A DNA stretch of 64,000 nucleotides from Arcobacteraceae bacterium (lineage in GTDB: Bacteria; Campylobacterota; Campylobacteria; Campylobacterales; Arcobacteraceae), in NCBI GenBank assembly GCA_048268245.1, contig JBLWVX010000013.1, forward strand, positions 8,356 through 72,355, given 5' to 3'. The number at the start of each line of letters is the position of its first letter. The first letter of the stretch is position 1. Of the stretch, positions 28,457 to 39,450 are shown in pieces. A program made the translations under genes and the position numbers. The notes under the pieces were generated by a model. The model ran no database searches. It saw only the letters and a list, made by a program, of their open reading frames with translations, and had not been told where the DNA came from.

Positions 28457-28596
28457 ATAAATCCTTTTTTTCGGAATTATAATGGAAAAAAAGGATTTTT
28501 ATTCTTAAAATAATCTTATAATAAAAATTTGTCTTTAGTTGTCTTTTCTTTGCTTATATCTAGTAATAAAACCTTCAATTAAAGAAGAAAAGTCTT

Positions 28597-28881
28597 CTAA
28601 AATATCTTCATCATCTCTTTGCTCTTGTGTAGTGATAAAATATCAAATTTATGTTTTGCATCATCAACAATAATCTCTATAGCTTTAGTATAGTTTTTTG
28701 ATTCTTTTATTTGTAAAGACTCTTTTAAAGACTCAACTGTTTCTATATTTGAAAAATTAGAACCTTTAAAGTATTTACTTAATTTTTTTAAAGAGTTTTG
28801 TGTATTTTCTTTAGTCATTTTTTTATAATAAACTGTTCCAAGTACTAAAACTAAAAACAATACAATATATAAAATCTCCAT
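28597..28881 (-). CDS. Hypothetical protein with N-terminal TM
   Basis: 94-aa ORF, AAGG RBS. Confidence 0.6.
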   Translation of the reverse strand: MEILYIVLFLVLVLGTVYYKKMTKENTQNSLKKLSKYFKGSNFSNIETVESLKESLQIKESKNYTKAIEIIVDDAKHKFDILSLHKSKEMMKIF

Positions 28882-28965
28882 GTAATACCTTTAATGTTTA
28901 ATTAGATATTATCACAAATAAATTTAAATTAAATGCTAAATTATAAATAATTTACAAAAGTCATT

Positions 28966-30217
28966 TTAATTTTTAGAGTGTTTGCTTATAAGCTCTTTTA
29001 AAAGTTTAGTTTTAACAGGCTTACTTAAAAAATCAACTACTCCTAACTTGTAAAACTCTTCTTTATCAGAACTAAGTGCATTTGCTGTAAATGCTATTAT
29101 AGGTGGATGGTTACCTAATTTGTTTAGTTTTTCAATTGTTTCTCTACCATCCATTAGAGGCATTCTATCATCCATAAATATTAGGTCAAACTCTTTTGGT
29201 TTATAATATTCTAAAGCCTCAATACCATTGTTTGCAATAGTAATATTAATATTTGAGTCTTTTAAAATTTCTAAAAATAGCATTTGGTTTAACTCATTAT
29301 CTTCTGCTAGTAATATATTTATTTCTTTGCAAGTATTATTTATCTCTTCTGATTTTTCTTCATCAGTTTTTATCTCTTTTTTATTTGATACAGTTATTGG
29401 AAAATTAAAACTAAAAATGCTTCCTAACCCTTTTTTACTTTTAACAGTTAAGTCTCCTTGCATAATATTTGCAAGTGATTTACTAATTGGTAATCCAAGA
29501 TCTGTTCCACCGTAAAGTCTTATTGTACTACTATCTTCTTGAGTGAATTTCTCAAAAATTAAAGATAGTTTCTTTTTCTTTTCTTCATCAAAAGTATCTG
29601 GTTAAATCCAATTATTGAGTTAAGAGGTGTTCTAAGTTCATGGGATATGTTAGCTAAAAAAACTGATTTTGATTGACTTGTTTTATTTGCTAATTCTTTT
29701 TGTTTTAGAAGTTCTTTTACATCTCTATCAAGTTCATTTACACTAGCTTTATACATGATGATAATTAAAATAGCAAATATTATTAGTAGTATTACAATTT
29801 GAAGTAATAGCATTTTTAGTTGAATTTTTTCAAAGTTATCAAGTTTTGAAGTTATATTGTAGTAAAGCTCGATTGAACCTGTAAATTTACCATTTTTCAT
29901 AAATGGAATATATATTTCAACTACATCTTGTGGAATAATTTTTCCGTCTTCTGCTTCCATTCCTTTTGAACTACTTTATGATAAATATTTCCTTTAGTTA
30001 CTATTTCATAAAAAGGTTTACTTTTAGATTTTGTTCCGATTTCTTTTTTTATAGTTGAGGATTTAATATATCCATTTTCATCAAAGTATATAAGTTTATA
30101 AAAATTGAAGTCTTCATTCATAATATTAAAAAGTAAAGTTGCAATTAGTATTAAAAGGAAAACTGCAAAAATAAAATTATTTCTAAAGGTATTTAAAAAA
30201 GTATTATTAAGCTTCAT
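28966..30217 (-). pseudogene. Hybrid sensor histidine kinase, fragmented
   Basis: Three fragments: TM/sensor; H-box SHELRTPL; G2 plus receiver. Frameshift near 29960; N and G1 boxes missing; G2 reads GGTDLGL. Confidence 0.85.
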
Positions 30218-30315
30218 TTTTTAGTGTATATAAAAGTTATTTGTTCTGTTCGTTAATATTAGCTAGTTTGTTGTTAAAGTTTATTTAGTAGTTAAATTAA
30301 GGTTTATAAAAAGAG

Positions 30316-30345
30316 AAAATGGAGGAAAGGTATTACCTCCATTTT
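30316..30345 (-). terminator. Terminator of dctPQM
   Basis: Inverted repeat AAAATGGAGG / CCTCCATTTT. Confidence 0.7.
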
Positions 30346-30370
30346 ATTTAGTTAAGATTTATATTTTTTA

Positions 30371-31654
30371 TCATCCACCATACATTAGATTAGGTAACCA
30401 AAGGGCTACTGCTGGGATATATGTAGTGATTAAAAGTCCTGCTAAGATAGTCATTGTCCATGGGAATGCTGCAACAATAACATCTTTGATACTCATTCCT
30501 GTTAAACCTGACGTTACAAATAAGTTCAGACCAACAGGTGGGGACACCATACCAAGCTCCATATTGATTGTAATAACAATACCGAAGTGAATAGGGTCAA
30601 TTCCAAGTGCAACAGCAACAGGAAGTAATAATGGAACCATAATCATAATAATTGCACTAGGTTCCATAAATGAACCAGCTAAAATTAGTAAGATATTTAC
30701 CATTAATAAGAACATGTATTTGTCAACATTTGCTTCAATTAACGCATTTGTAATTCCTTGAGGGATATTTTCAATTGTTAAGAAGTGAGCAAATAACATA
30801 GCATTTGCAATAATAAACATAATCATTGCAGTTGTTTTTGCTGACTCTAAAGCAGTTCCCCAAATTTGTGTAATTTTAATATCTTTATAGATAAATACAG
30901 AAACAATAAATGCCCATACACAAGCAACAGCTGCAGCTTCTGTTGGAGTAAAGATACCACCATAGATACCACCAATAACAATTACAATTGTCATTAATCC
31001 CCATGCTGCATCTTTCATCTTTTGAAGTCTTACTTTTAATGGAGCTGGTTCAGTTCTTTTAAATCCAAGTCTAACAGCACCAATGTAAGTCACAACCATC
31101 ATCATAATACCAAGCATTAAACCGGGAACAACACCTGCCATAAACAGTTTTCCAATAGAAACTTCTGCTGTTACACCATATACAATAAGTACAATTGATG
31201 GTGGAATTAAGATTCCTAATGAACCAGCAGTTGCAATAGTACCAACAGCATATCTTTTAGGATAACCAGCTTGCATAATTGCACCAAACATAATAGATCC
31301 AATAGCAACAACTGTTGCAGGAGAACTACCTGATACAGCAGCAAAAATAATCGATGCGAAAATAGCTGAAATTGGAAGACCACCTGGTAAGTGACCTACA
31401 CACGCCTTTGCAAACTCAATAATTCTTGTTGCAGCTGAACCTTTAGATAATAAGTTACCTGCAAGAATAAACATTGGAATTGCCATAAGTGAGTAGTGCT
31501 CAACTTTTTCAAACATCATTGCTGAAATTTCAATAGGTGAAATATGCGTAAATAACATTAAAGTTGTAAATGTTGCTACACCTAAACAAATAGCAATAGG
31601 AGTTCCAAGAATTACAAGGAAGAAAAATATACCAAATAATACGCCTATACTCAT
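30371..31654 (-). CDS. dctM: TRAP transporter large permease
   Basis: AIPMFILAG, SGSSPAT, GSLGILIPPS, GGIFTPTEA, PPVGLNL. Confidence 0.92.
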   Translation of the reverse strand: MSIGVLFGIFFFLVILGTPIAICLGVATFTTLMLFTHISPIEISAMMFEKVEHYSLMAIPMFILAGNLLSKGSAATRIIEFAKACVGHLPGGLPISAIFASIIFAAVSGSSPATVVAIGSIMFGAIMQAGYPKRYAVGTIATAGSLGILIPPSIVLIVYGVTAEVSIGKLFMAGVVPGLMLGIMMMVVTYIGAVRLGFKRTEPAPLKVRLQKMKDAAWGLMTIVIVIGGIYGGIFTPTEAAAVACVWAFIVSVFIYKDIKITQIWGTALESAKTTAMIMFIIANAMLFAHFLTIENIPQGITNALIEANVDKYMFLLMVNILLILAGSFMEPSAIIMIMVPLLLPVAVALGIDPIHFGIVITINMELGMVSPPVGLNLFVTSGLTGMSIKDVIVAAFPWTMTILAGLLITTYIPAVALWLPNLMYGG

Positions 31655-32271
31655 TATAACATCCCCCCTGTTTTCTTTTCTACTTCTTTAACCATGTTAT
31701 TTAACTCTTTTACGTGTTCATTTGAGTTATCATCATGTTTAACACCTAATTCAGCTAAAACCATTTCCGCTTCACTTTCTGGCACAACTTTGTCATGTGG
31801 AGTTTTGATAATATGTACAATTTTCTCTGCAACTCTATATGCACCAAATGCAAATGAAACTGGTATTACTAAATACACAATCCACATAGGCATATCCCAT
31901 AAATCAATAGATCTTTCATCAATATCTGCAACTAATAGTAGATATTCATATCCATAGTAAGAAACTGCAACTAAAAAGAAAAATGTTATTATATGTGATA
32001 TTAATAACATTGGTTTTGCAATTTTTGTAGGAACAATATCTAATACTACTGTAACAGCAATATGTGCATCTTTTTTGAAGCAATACGCAGCTGCAAAAAA
32101 TATACTCCATAAAAATAAAAAGATCGTAAGCTCTGTTGCCCATACTAATGATGCGTCAAATACATATCTTGCAACAACATTAGTAAAAGCAATAGCAACA
32201 CCGGCTGTTATACCGAATGCTGCTATTGTTTGATTTATAAAGCCTATAATTTTACTTATAAAACTAAACAT
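31654..32271 (-). CDS. dctQ: TRAP transporter small permease
   Basis: NVVARY, WATEL, HIAV; four TMs. Confidence 0.9.
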   Translation of the reverse strand: MFSFISKIIGFINQTIAAFGITAGVAIAFTNVVARYVFDASLVWATELTIFLFLWSIFFAAAYCFKKDAHIAVTVVLDIVPTKIAKPMLLISHIITFFFLVAVSYYGYEYLLLVADIDERSIDLWDMPMWIVYLVIPVSFAFGAYRVAEKIVHIIKTPHDKVVPESEAEMVLAELGVKHDDNSNEHVKELNNMVKEVEKKTGGML

Positions 32272-32277
32272 AATCTA

Positions 32278-33273
32278 CTACTTTGTAGCGATAGTTTTTT
32301 TGATTAAATCTTCACCTATAGTTCTATCAGAGTAGAATTCTGGATAAATTTTACTAACTTTAGTTCTCCAAGCTTCTCTTTGCTCAGGAGTTAAAGTGTG
32401 AATTTTTAATTTTCCAGTAGTTTTAGCATACTCTTTGATTTTTTCTAATTGTGAATCATTTAATTCTTGTGCGTATTGTCTTTCTTTTTCAGTTGCTTCT
32501 TTCATAGCTTGTTTTACATTTGCTTGTAAATCTGATGGTAATGAATTCCAGAATCTTTTTGACATTACAACTAAATAACCTAAGTAACCGTGGTTAGAAA
32601 TAGTTAAATCAGTTTGTACTTCATGGAACTTCTTAGTGTAGATATTAGAAATTGTATTTTCTTGACCATCAATAACACCTTGTTGTAATCCTGAGTAAAC
32701 TTCAGAGAATGGCATCATTTGAGGGTTTGCATCTACTGCGTGAAATTGAGCTTCTAATACTTTAGAAGACATAATTCTAAACTTTTGACCTTTTGCATCT
32801 TCTGGGTTAATTAAAGCTTTTGTAGAAGATGATAATTGTTTAAATCCATTATCCCAGAAATCTAATGCAACAATACCTTTTGCAGTTACTTTATCTTTTA
32901 AAGCTTGTCCTACTTCACCATCTTGAACTCTATGTAAGTGATCAATATCTTTGAAAAGGAATGGTAAATCAAATAGTGCTAAGTTTGGAACAATCTTACC
33001 AAATTTAGAAAAAGAAGGTGCTGCCATTTGAACAGAGTTTAATCTTAATGCTTTTAATACGGCATTATCTTTATATAATTGAGATGATGGATAAACTTGA
33101 ACATCAATTTTTCCACCAGATAATTCTTCTAATCTCTTTTCAAAGAAATCTGCTGCTTTACCCTTTGGTGTATTTGGGCTAACTACGTGTGAGAACTTTA
33201 AAGTATACTCAGCTGCTAATCCTGAAGTTGCAACCATTGCTGCTGCAATAGTTCCTAGTACTAATTTTTTCAT
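32278..33273 (-). CDS. dctP: TRAP solute-binding protein (C4-dicarboxylate type)
   Basis: KFSHVV..TPKG, WDNGFKQ, FRIM, PFSEVY, QEN. Confidence 0.92.
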   Translation of the reverse strand: MKKLVLGTIAAAMVATSGLAAEYTLKFSHVVSPNTPKGKAADFFEKRLEELSGGKIDVQVYPSSQLYKDNAVLKALRLNSVQMAAPSFSKFGKIVPNLALFDLPFLFKDIDHLHRVQDGEVGQALKDKVTAKGIVALDFWDNGFKQLSSSTKALINPEDAKGQKFRIMSSKVLEAQFHAVDANPQMMPFSEVYSGLQQGVIDGQENTISNIYTKKFHEVQTDLTISNHGYLGYLVVMSKRFWNSLPSDLQANVKQAMKEATEKERQYAQELNDSQLEKIKEYAKTTGKLKIHTLTPEQREAWRTKVSKIYPEFYSDRTIGEDLIKKTIATK

Positions 33274-33632
33274 ATCATTTCTCCTTAATTAATTTGATAT
33301 AAGAAAATTATAGTAAAAAGTTATGTCACAATTATGTACAATTGTGTAAATTTGAAAACTTATTGTTACTTATTATATAACATTAAATTTTATCTTTGAG
33401 TTTTATATAAGTAATACAAAATGTAATACTAAAAGTAGTGTTTTATAAATTTCATAAAAGTCACAAAATAGTTTCATAAAATTATTCTAGATACCATCGT
33501 ATCATTATTCTTAAAAATGACATTATTTTTAAGTGGAAAATAAAGGCAAATATTTTTTAACCATTTTTTAAACAATATTAGAGTATTATATCCCACTTTT
33601 CTTAGGAATATAAAAGATTAAAATAAAGGAAA

Positions 33633-36600
33633 ATGATGGGTTGTAATTTAGACTTACTAACTTCTTTTAAAGACAACTGTGGTTTTGGTCTTGTTGCAGA
33701 TATGAAGAACAGACCAAGTCATAAGAATTTAGAAGATGCAATAACTTCACTAGAAAGAATGATGCACAGAGGTGCAGTGGCAGCCGATGGTAAAACTGGA
33801 GATGGTTCAGGTTTACTTTTATCTATGCCAGATGAATTTATGAGAAAAATAGCTTCTCAAGATGGTATTGATTTACCTGAAAAATACGCAGTTGCTATGA
33901 TCTTTACAAAAGACTTACAAGACATAGATACTTTTAAAGAGTTCTGTGAAACAAACGACTTAAAAGTTGTGTTAACTAGAGATGTTCCAGTTGATACTGA
34001 AGCACTAGGACAACAAGCTTTAGAGACATTACCGCATATTATTCAAGTATTTGTTACTCCAAATACTTTAATGTCATCAAAGAGATTTGATGCAATGTTA
34101 TACATGACAAGAAAAGAGTGTGAGCACAAACTAATAGATAAGAAAGATTTTTATATTCCTACATTCTCATCTACGGTGATTGCGTATAAAGGGCTTGTAA
34201 TGCCTACGCATATTAAAAGGTTCTATGTTGATTTAAGAGATGAAGATTTTAAAATCTCATTCTCATTATTTCACCAAAGATTCTCGACAAATACATTACC
34301 TCAATGGAGATTAGCACAACCATTTAGAGCAATTGCACACAATGGTGAGATTAACTCAGTTGAAGCAAATAGATTTAATGTAAAAGTAAAATCAGAAAAA
34401 ATTAAATCTGAAGTATTCTCTGATAAAGAGATTAAAAGACTTTTACCTATATTACAAGAAGGTGCATCTGACTCAGCTTCTTTAGATAATATGTTTGAAT
34501 TTATGTTAGCAAATGGTGTTGACTTTTTCAAAGCTGCAAGATCACTAGTTCCTGCACCTTGGCAAAATGCACCTCATATGGACTCTGACTTAAGAGCATT
34601 CTATGAGTACACAGCTACAGCAATGGAAGCTTGGGATGGTCCAGCAGCAGTATCTTTAACAGATGGTAGACATATTGGTTGTTTAATTGATAGAAATGGA
34701 TTAAGACCTTCTAAATATGTAATTACTAAAGATGACAAACTATACATCACTTCTGAATATGGTACATTAAAAATTGATGAAGACAATATCTTAGAAAGAG
34801 GTAGATTACAATCAGGACAAATGATTGGACTTGACCTTAAATATGGAAAGATTTTAAAAGAAGAAGATATTAATAACTACTTAAAATCATCTCAACATTA
34901 CTCTAAGTGGTTAAATGATGATATGGATTATTTACAAGAGTATATTGAAGATTCTTTCTTAAATACTTCTGATTATAAAGTAGAAGAATTAGAGAAGAAA
35001 CAAAAATATTTCAATATTACTTATGAAGCAATTGATCAAATGATTGAACCAATGGCAAAAGATGGTAAAGAACCTGTAGGATCTATGGGTGATGATACTC
35101 CTTTAGCATGTTTCTCTAAAGTAAATAGAAACTTTACAGACTTCTTTAAACAAAAGTTTGCACAAGTAACAAATCCTCCTATTGATCCATATAGAGAAAA
35201 AGTTGTTATGTCTTTAGAAACTGGATTTGGTAAAGTTCAAAACATCTTAGTTGAAAAACCAGAAGATGCAAAAAGAATTAAAGTAGCAAGTCCAGTTTTA
35301 ATGAAAGAAAAATTTGATGTATTATTCTCATTTGGTGATGAAAACTCTCCAAGATATGATGAATACTACAAAAATAAAACTTTCTCAACTACATTCAAAA
35401 CTGATTTAAAGGAAGCATTACAAGCATTAGCTTCAAATGTTGTAAAATCAGTAAAAGAAGAGAATGTATCTATCGTATTTTTAGATGATAGAGATATTAA
35501 TGATACTTGTAAATTAATTCCTATGGCAATGGCTGTTGGTTATGTAAATCAAGCATTATTAAAAGAAAAAGTTAGACATTGTGTTTCAATTGTTCCTGTA
35601 ACTGGGGAAGTTTATGACCCACATATGGCTGCTGTATTATTAGGTTTCGGTGCAACTGCTATGTATCCATACATGATGTATGCAACAACTGTAGCCTTAT
35701 TTGAAAGACAAGAAATTTCTAAATATGAAATGCAAAGTCTACTTAAAAATACTCAAAAAGCAATTAATGCAGGACTATTAAAAATTATGTCTAAAATGGG
35801 TATTTCTACTGTAGCTTCATATAGAAACTCATCATTATTTGATGCTATTGGATTATCTGATGAAATCGTAACTGACTGTTTCCCTGATGCTTACTCTGAG
35901 TTAGCTGGACTTGGTTATGAAGATATTGAAGAGAGAATTGAAAGATCTCACTTAAATGCATTCCATGATGATAATCATATGTTCCCTCTTGACTTAGGTG
36001 GTTTCTACAAGTATATCAATGGTGGTGAATACCATGATTATGGTCCAGCTACTACAAGAGCAATGCATAATAAATCTGCTACAACAAAAGAAGAAATTAC
36101 TGATTTTGATGGACTTAAAAAGCTAGTACAAAACAGAGATAAGAAATTTATTAGAGATTTCTTAGAATTTAATTCTGATAGAAAACCAATTTCTATTGAT
36201 GAAGTTGAGTCAAAAGAAGAAATTTTCAAAAGATTTGCATCTGCTGCAATGTCTTGTGGTTCTATTTCACCAGAAGCACATGAAGCATTAGCCCAAGCAA
36301 TGAATACAATTGGTGGTTCTTCAAACTCAGGTGAGGGAGGTGAAGATCCAGCAAGATTTAATACGCTTAAAAACTCTAAAATTAAACAAATTGCATCAGG
36401 TAGATTTGGTGTAACTCCTGGATATTTAAGAAGTGCAGAAGAGTTACAAATTAAAGTTGCTCAAGGTGCTAAACCAGGTGAAGGTGGTCAGTTACCAGGT
36501 CATAAAGTAACTCCATTAATTGCAACACTTAGACATACAGTTCCAGGTGTTACATTAATTTCACCTCCACCACATCATGATATTTATTCAATTGAGGATT

Positions 36601-38072
36601 TAGCTCAGTTAATTTTTGACTTAAAACAAATTAACCCATTAGCTAAAATCACAGTTAAATTAGTATCTTCTGTTGGTGTTGGAACAATTGCAGCTGGTGT
36701 TGCAAAAGCGTATGCTGATAAGATTATTATCTCAGGTGGAGATGGTGGTACTGGTGCTGCTCCATTAACATCAATTAAGCATGCTGGTAACTCATGGGAA
36801 ATGGGACTTTCAGAAGCTCATAACGCATTAAAAGCAAATAACTTAAGAACTTCTGTTCATGTACAAACTGATGGTGGTTTAAAAACTGGTCTTGATGTTG
36901 TTAAAGCTGCTTTATTAGGTGCTGAATCTTATGCTTTTGGTACTGCTGCATTAACACTTCTTGGATGTAAAATTTTAAGAATTTGTCATACAAATAAGTG
37001 TTCTGTTGGTGTTGCTACTCAAGATGAAGATTTAAGAGGACACTTTACAGGTACAGTTGAAAGACTTATTTCTTACTTTACATTTATTGCAGAAGAAGTT
37101 AGAGAAATTCTTGCTGAACTTGGATATAAAACAATGGAAGAGATTGTTGGTAGAGCTGATTTATTAAAAGTAATTGATGATGAATTCGCACAAAAATTTG
37201 ACTTCCAAAATATTTTAAGAAGAATTGATGGTGTTGATACTTGTCAAAAAGAATCAAATGAACCATTTGATGATAATAAATATGAAAAAGAGTTATTAAA
37301 GAAAGTTCACAGAACAATTGAAAACCCAAATACTCCTGTAAAAGTTAATACTGAAATTTCTAACTTAAACAGATCATTTGGTGCTTTAATCTCTGGTGAG
37401 ATTGCTAGATATTACGGAGACAAAGGTTTACCTGAAAACTCTATTAATATTAATTTAGAAGGTATTGCAGGTCAATCATTTGGTGCTTTCCTTTCAACAG
37501 GTATGAACTTAATATTAACTGGTGCAGCTAATGATTACGTTGGTAAAGGAATGAATGGTGGTAAAATTATCATCAACCCTCCACATCAAGGTCAAGAATT
37601 TGCAGGTGCTGGTAATACATGTCTTTATGGTGCAACTGGTGGTAAACTATATGTTAGAGCCGCTGTAGGAGAGCGATTTGGTGTTAGAAACTCAGGATGT
37701 GTAGCTGTAGTTGAAGGTACTGGTGATAATGCTTGTGAATATATGACAGGTGGTATTGTTGTAATTCTTGGGAATACTGGTATTAACTTTGGTGCTGGTA
37801 TGACAGGTGGTTTATCATTTGTTTATGACCCAGAAAAAACTTTTGTAGATAAAATGAACCAAGAGTTAATTGAAGCTGTTAGAATTGATACAGATGATAC
37901 AGAAAGAGAAAGATTATACTTAAAAAGATTACTTTTAGATTATGTACATGAGACTGAAAGTGAAGCTGCAGAGAAAATCTTAGGAAACTTTAGAGCAGAA
38001 ATTAGAAACTTCTGGATGGTAAAACCTAAAAATATGACAGTATTACCATTAGATCCGGACAAGGGAGATTAA
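33633..38072 (+). CDS. gltB: Glutamate synthase large subunit
   Basis: CGFG N-terminal nucleophile, HRGA, HQRFSTNT, AQGAKPGEGGQL, 3Fe-4S cysteines, GXGXG domain. Confidence 0.97.
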   Translation: MMGCNLDLLTSFKDNCGFGLVADMKNRPSHKNLEDAITSLERMMHRGAVAADGKTGDGSGLLLSMPDEFMRKIASQDGIDLPEKYAVAMIFTKDLQDIDTFKEFCETNDLKVVLTRDVPVDTEALGQQALETLPHIIQVFVTPNTLMSSKRFDAMLYMTRKECEHKLIDKKDFYIPTFSSTVIAYKGLVMPTHIKRFYVDLRDEDFKISFSLFHQRFSTNTLPQWRLAQPFRAIAHNGEINSVEANRFNVKVKSEKIKSEVFSDKEIKRLLPILQEGASDSASLDNMFEFMLANGVDFFKAARSLVPAPWQNAPHMDSDLRAFYEYTATAMEAWDGPAAVSLTDGRHIGCLIDRNGLRPSKYVITKDDKLYITSEYGTLKIDEDNILERGRLQSGQMIGLDLKYGKILKEEDINNYLKSSQHYSKWLNDDMDYLQEYIEDSFLNTSDYKVEELEKKQKYFNITYEAIDQMIEPMAKDGKEPVGSMGDDTPLACFSKVNRNFTDFFKQKFAQVTNPPIDPYREKVVMSLETGFGKVQNILVEKPEDAKRIKVASPVLMKEKFDVLFSFGDENSPRYDEYYKNKTFSTTFKTDLKEALQALASNVVKSVKEENVSIVFLDDRDINDTCKLIPMAMAVGYVNQALLKEKVRHCVSIVPVTGEVYDPHMAAVLLGFGATAMYPYMMYATTVALFERQEISKYEMQSLLKNTQKAINAGLLKIMSKMGISTVASYRNSSLFDAIGLSDEIVTDCFPDAYSELAGLGYEDIEERIERSHLNAFHDDNHMFPLDLGGFYKYINGGEYHDYGPATTRAMHNKSATTKEEITDFDGLKKLVQNRDKKFIRDFLEFNSDRKPISIDEVESKEEIFKRFASAAMSCGSISPEAHEALAQAMNTIGGSSNSGEGGEDPARFNTLKNSKIKQIASGRFGVTPGYLRSAEELQIKVAQGAKPGEGGQLPGHKVTPLIATLRHTVPGVTLISPPPHHDIYSIEDLAQLIFDLKQINPLAKITVKLVSSVGVGTIAAGVAKAYADKIIISGGDGGTGAAPLTSIKHAGNSWEMGLSEAHNALKANNLRTSVHVQTDGGLKTGLDVVKAALLGAESYAFGTAALTLLGCKILRICHTNKCSVGVATQDEDLRGHFTGTVERLISYFTFIAEEVREILAELGYKTMEEIVGRADLLKVIDDEFAQKFDFQNILRRIDGVDTCQKESNEPFDDNKYEKELLKKVHRTIENPNTPVKVNTEISNLNRSFGALISGEIARYYGDKGLPENSININLEGIAGQSFGAFLSTGMNLILTGAANDYVGKGMNGGKIIINPPHQGQEFAGAGNTCLYGATGGKLYVRAAVGERFGVRNSGCVAVVEGTGDNACEYMTGGIVVILGNTGINFGAGMTGGLSFVYDPEKTFVDKMNQELIEAVRIDTDDTERERLYLKRLLLDYVHETESEAAEKILGNFRAEIRNFWMVKPKNMTVLPLDPDKGD

Positions 38073-38076
38073 TAAA

Positions 38077-39450
38077 ATGTTAAACTTTACAAAATTTGAA
38101 AGAATTAACCCTGAAAAAAGAGATGTACTTCAAAGATTAAAAGATTTTAATGAAATCTATGAAGTATTTGGAAAACAAAGAGCAAAAGAGCAAGCTGATA
38201 GATGTATGCAGTGTGGAGATCCATACTGTCATACAGGGTGTCCGTTAGGAAACTTTATTCCTGCATGGTTAAAACAAACAGCAACAAAAAATCCTGATTT
38301 AGCATTTGCTTTATCAAACGAAACATCTCCTTTCCCAGAGATTTTAGGAAGAATCTGTCCTCAAGATGTACTTTGTGAAGGTGCTTGTTCCTTAAATACA
38401 GGACATGGTGCTATTTCAATAGGTGCAATTGAAACACATATTTCTGAAACTGCTTTTGCAAATGGATTAAAGCCTAAATTTACTGACAAAAAAGTAGATA
38501 AAAAAGTAGCTGTAGTTGGTTCTGGACCTTCTGGTATTTCTGCTGCAACATTCCTTTTAAGAAAAGGTTATGATGTTGAAATGTTTGAAAGAGAAGATAG
38601 AGCTGGTGGGTTATTAATGTATGGAATCCCTGGATTCAAACTTGATAAAACAACAGTTGATAGAAGAATGAATTGGCTAATTGATGCTGGAATGAAACTT
38701 CATTTAAATTGTGAAGTTGGGAAAGATATTTCTGTAAAAGATTTAGAAGAAAACTTTGATGCAATTTATCTTGGTACTGGTGCAAAAGATGGTAGATATA
38801 CTGGTATGGAAGGTGAAAAAGAAGCTTCAAATGTACATTTAGCAATGGACTTTTTAACAGGAATCCAAAAAAGAAACTTAGGAAGTAAAGTTGATTTTAT
38901 TGATGTAAAAGACAAAAATGTAGTTGTAATTGGTGGTGGTGATACTGCTATGGACTGTGTTAGAACATCAGTAAGAGAAAAAGCTAAATCTGTAAAATGT
39001 CTTTATAGAAGAGATGAAGTTAATATGCCTGGTTCTAAAAAAGAAGTTGTAAATGCTAAAGAAGAGGGTGTTGAATATGTATTTAATGTAAGCCCTAAAT
39101 CTTTAAAAATTGATGGTGATAAAGTAACTGCTGTTGAGTTATTAACTACTTCTATGTCTGATCCTGATGAATCAGGAAGACAAAGAGTTGTTATCAATGA
39201 AGGAACAGAGTATTTTGAAGAAGCTGATGTAGTTATTCTTGCATTAGGATTCTCTCCTGAAAAACCACAATTCTTAAAAGAGTTAAATGTTGAAACTAAC
39301 TCATGGGGTGGAATAGAGACTACTAACTATCAAACTTCAAATGAAAAAGTATATGCAGGTGGGGATTGTCAAAGAGGTGCTCACCTTGCTGTTACAGCTG
39401 CACTTGATGGAAGAGAAGCAGCAAAAGCTATCGTAGAAAAACTTTCATAA
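38077..39450 (+). CDS. gltD: Glutamate synthase small subunit
   Basis: RCMQCG..CHTGCP, GSGPSG, GGGDTAMDC. Confidence 0.95.
   Translation: MLNFTKFERINPEKRDVLQRLKDFNEIYEVFGKQRAKEQADRCMQCGDPYCHTGCPLGNFIPAWLKQTATKNPDLAFALSNETSPFPEILGRICPQDVLCEGACSLNTGHGAISIGAIETHISETAFANGLKPKFTDKKVDKKVAVVGSGPSGISAATFLLRKGYDVEMFEREDRAGGLLMYGIPGFKLDKTTVDRRMNWLIDAGMKLHLNCEVGKDISVKDLEENFDAIYLGTGAKDGRYTGMEGEKEASNVHLAMDFLTGIQKRNLGSKVDFIDVKDKNVVVIGGGDTAMDCVRTSVREKAKSVKCLYRRDEVNMPGSKKEVVNAKEEGVEYVFNVSPKSLKIDGDKVTAVELLTTSMSDPDESGRQRVVINEGTEYFEEADVVILALGFSPEKPQFLKELNVETNSWGGIETTNYQTSNEKVYAGGDCQRGAHLAVTAALDGREAAKAIVEKLS

Noticed and set aside
33411..33430. GTAATAC direct repeat upstream of gltB as a nitrogen-regulator site
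   Set aside because: Short AT-rich repeat with no second occurrence noticed and no assignable regulator
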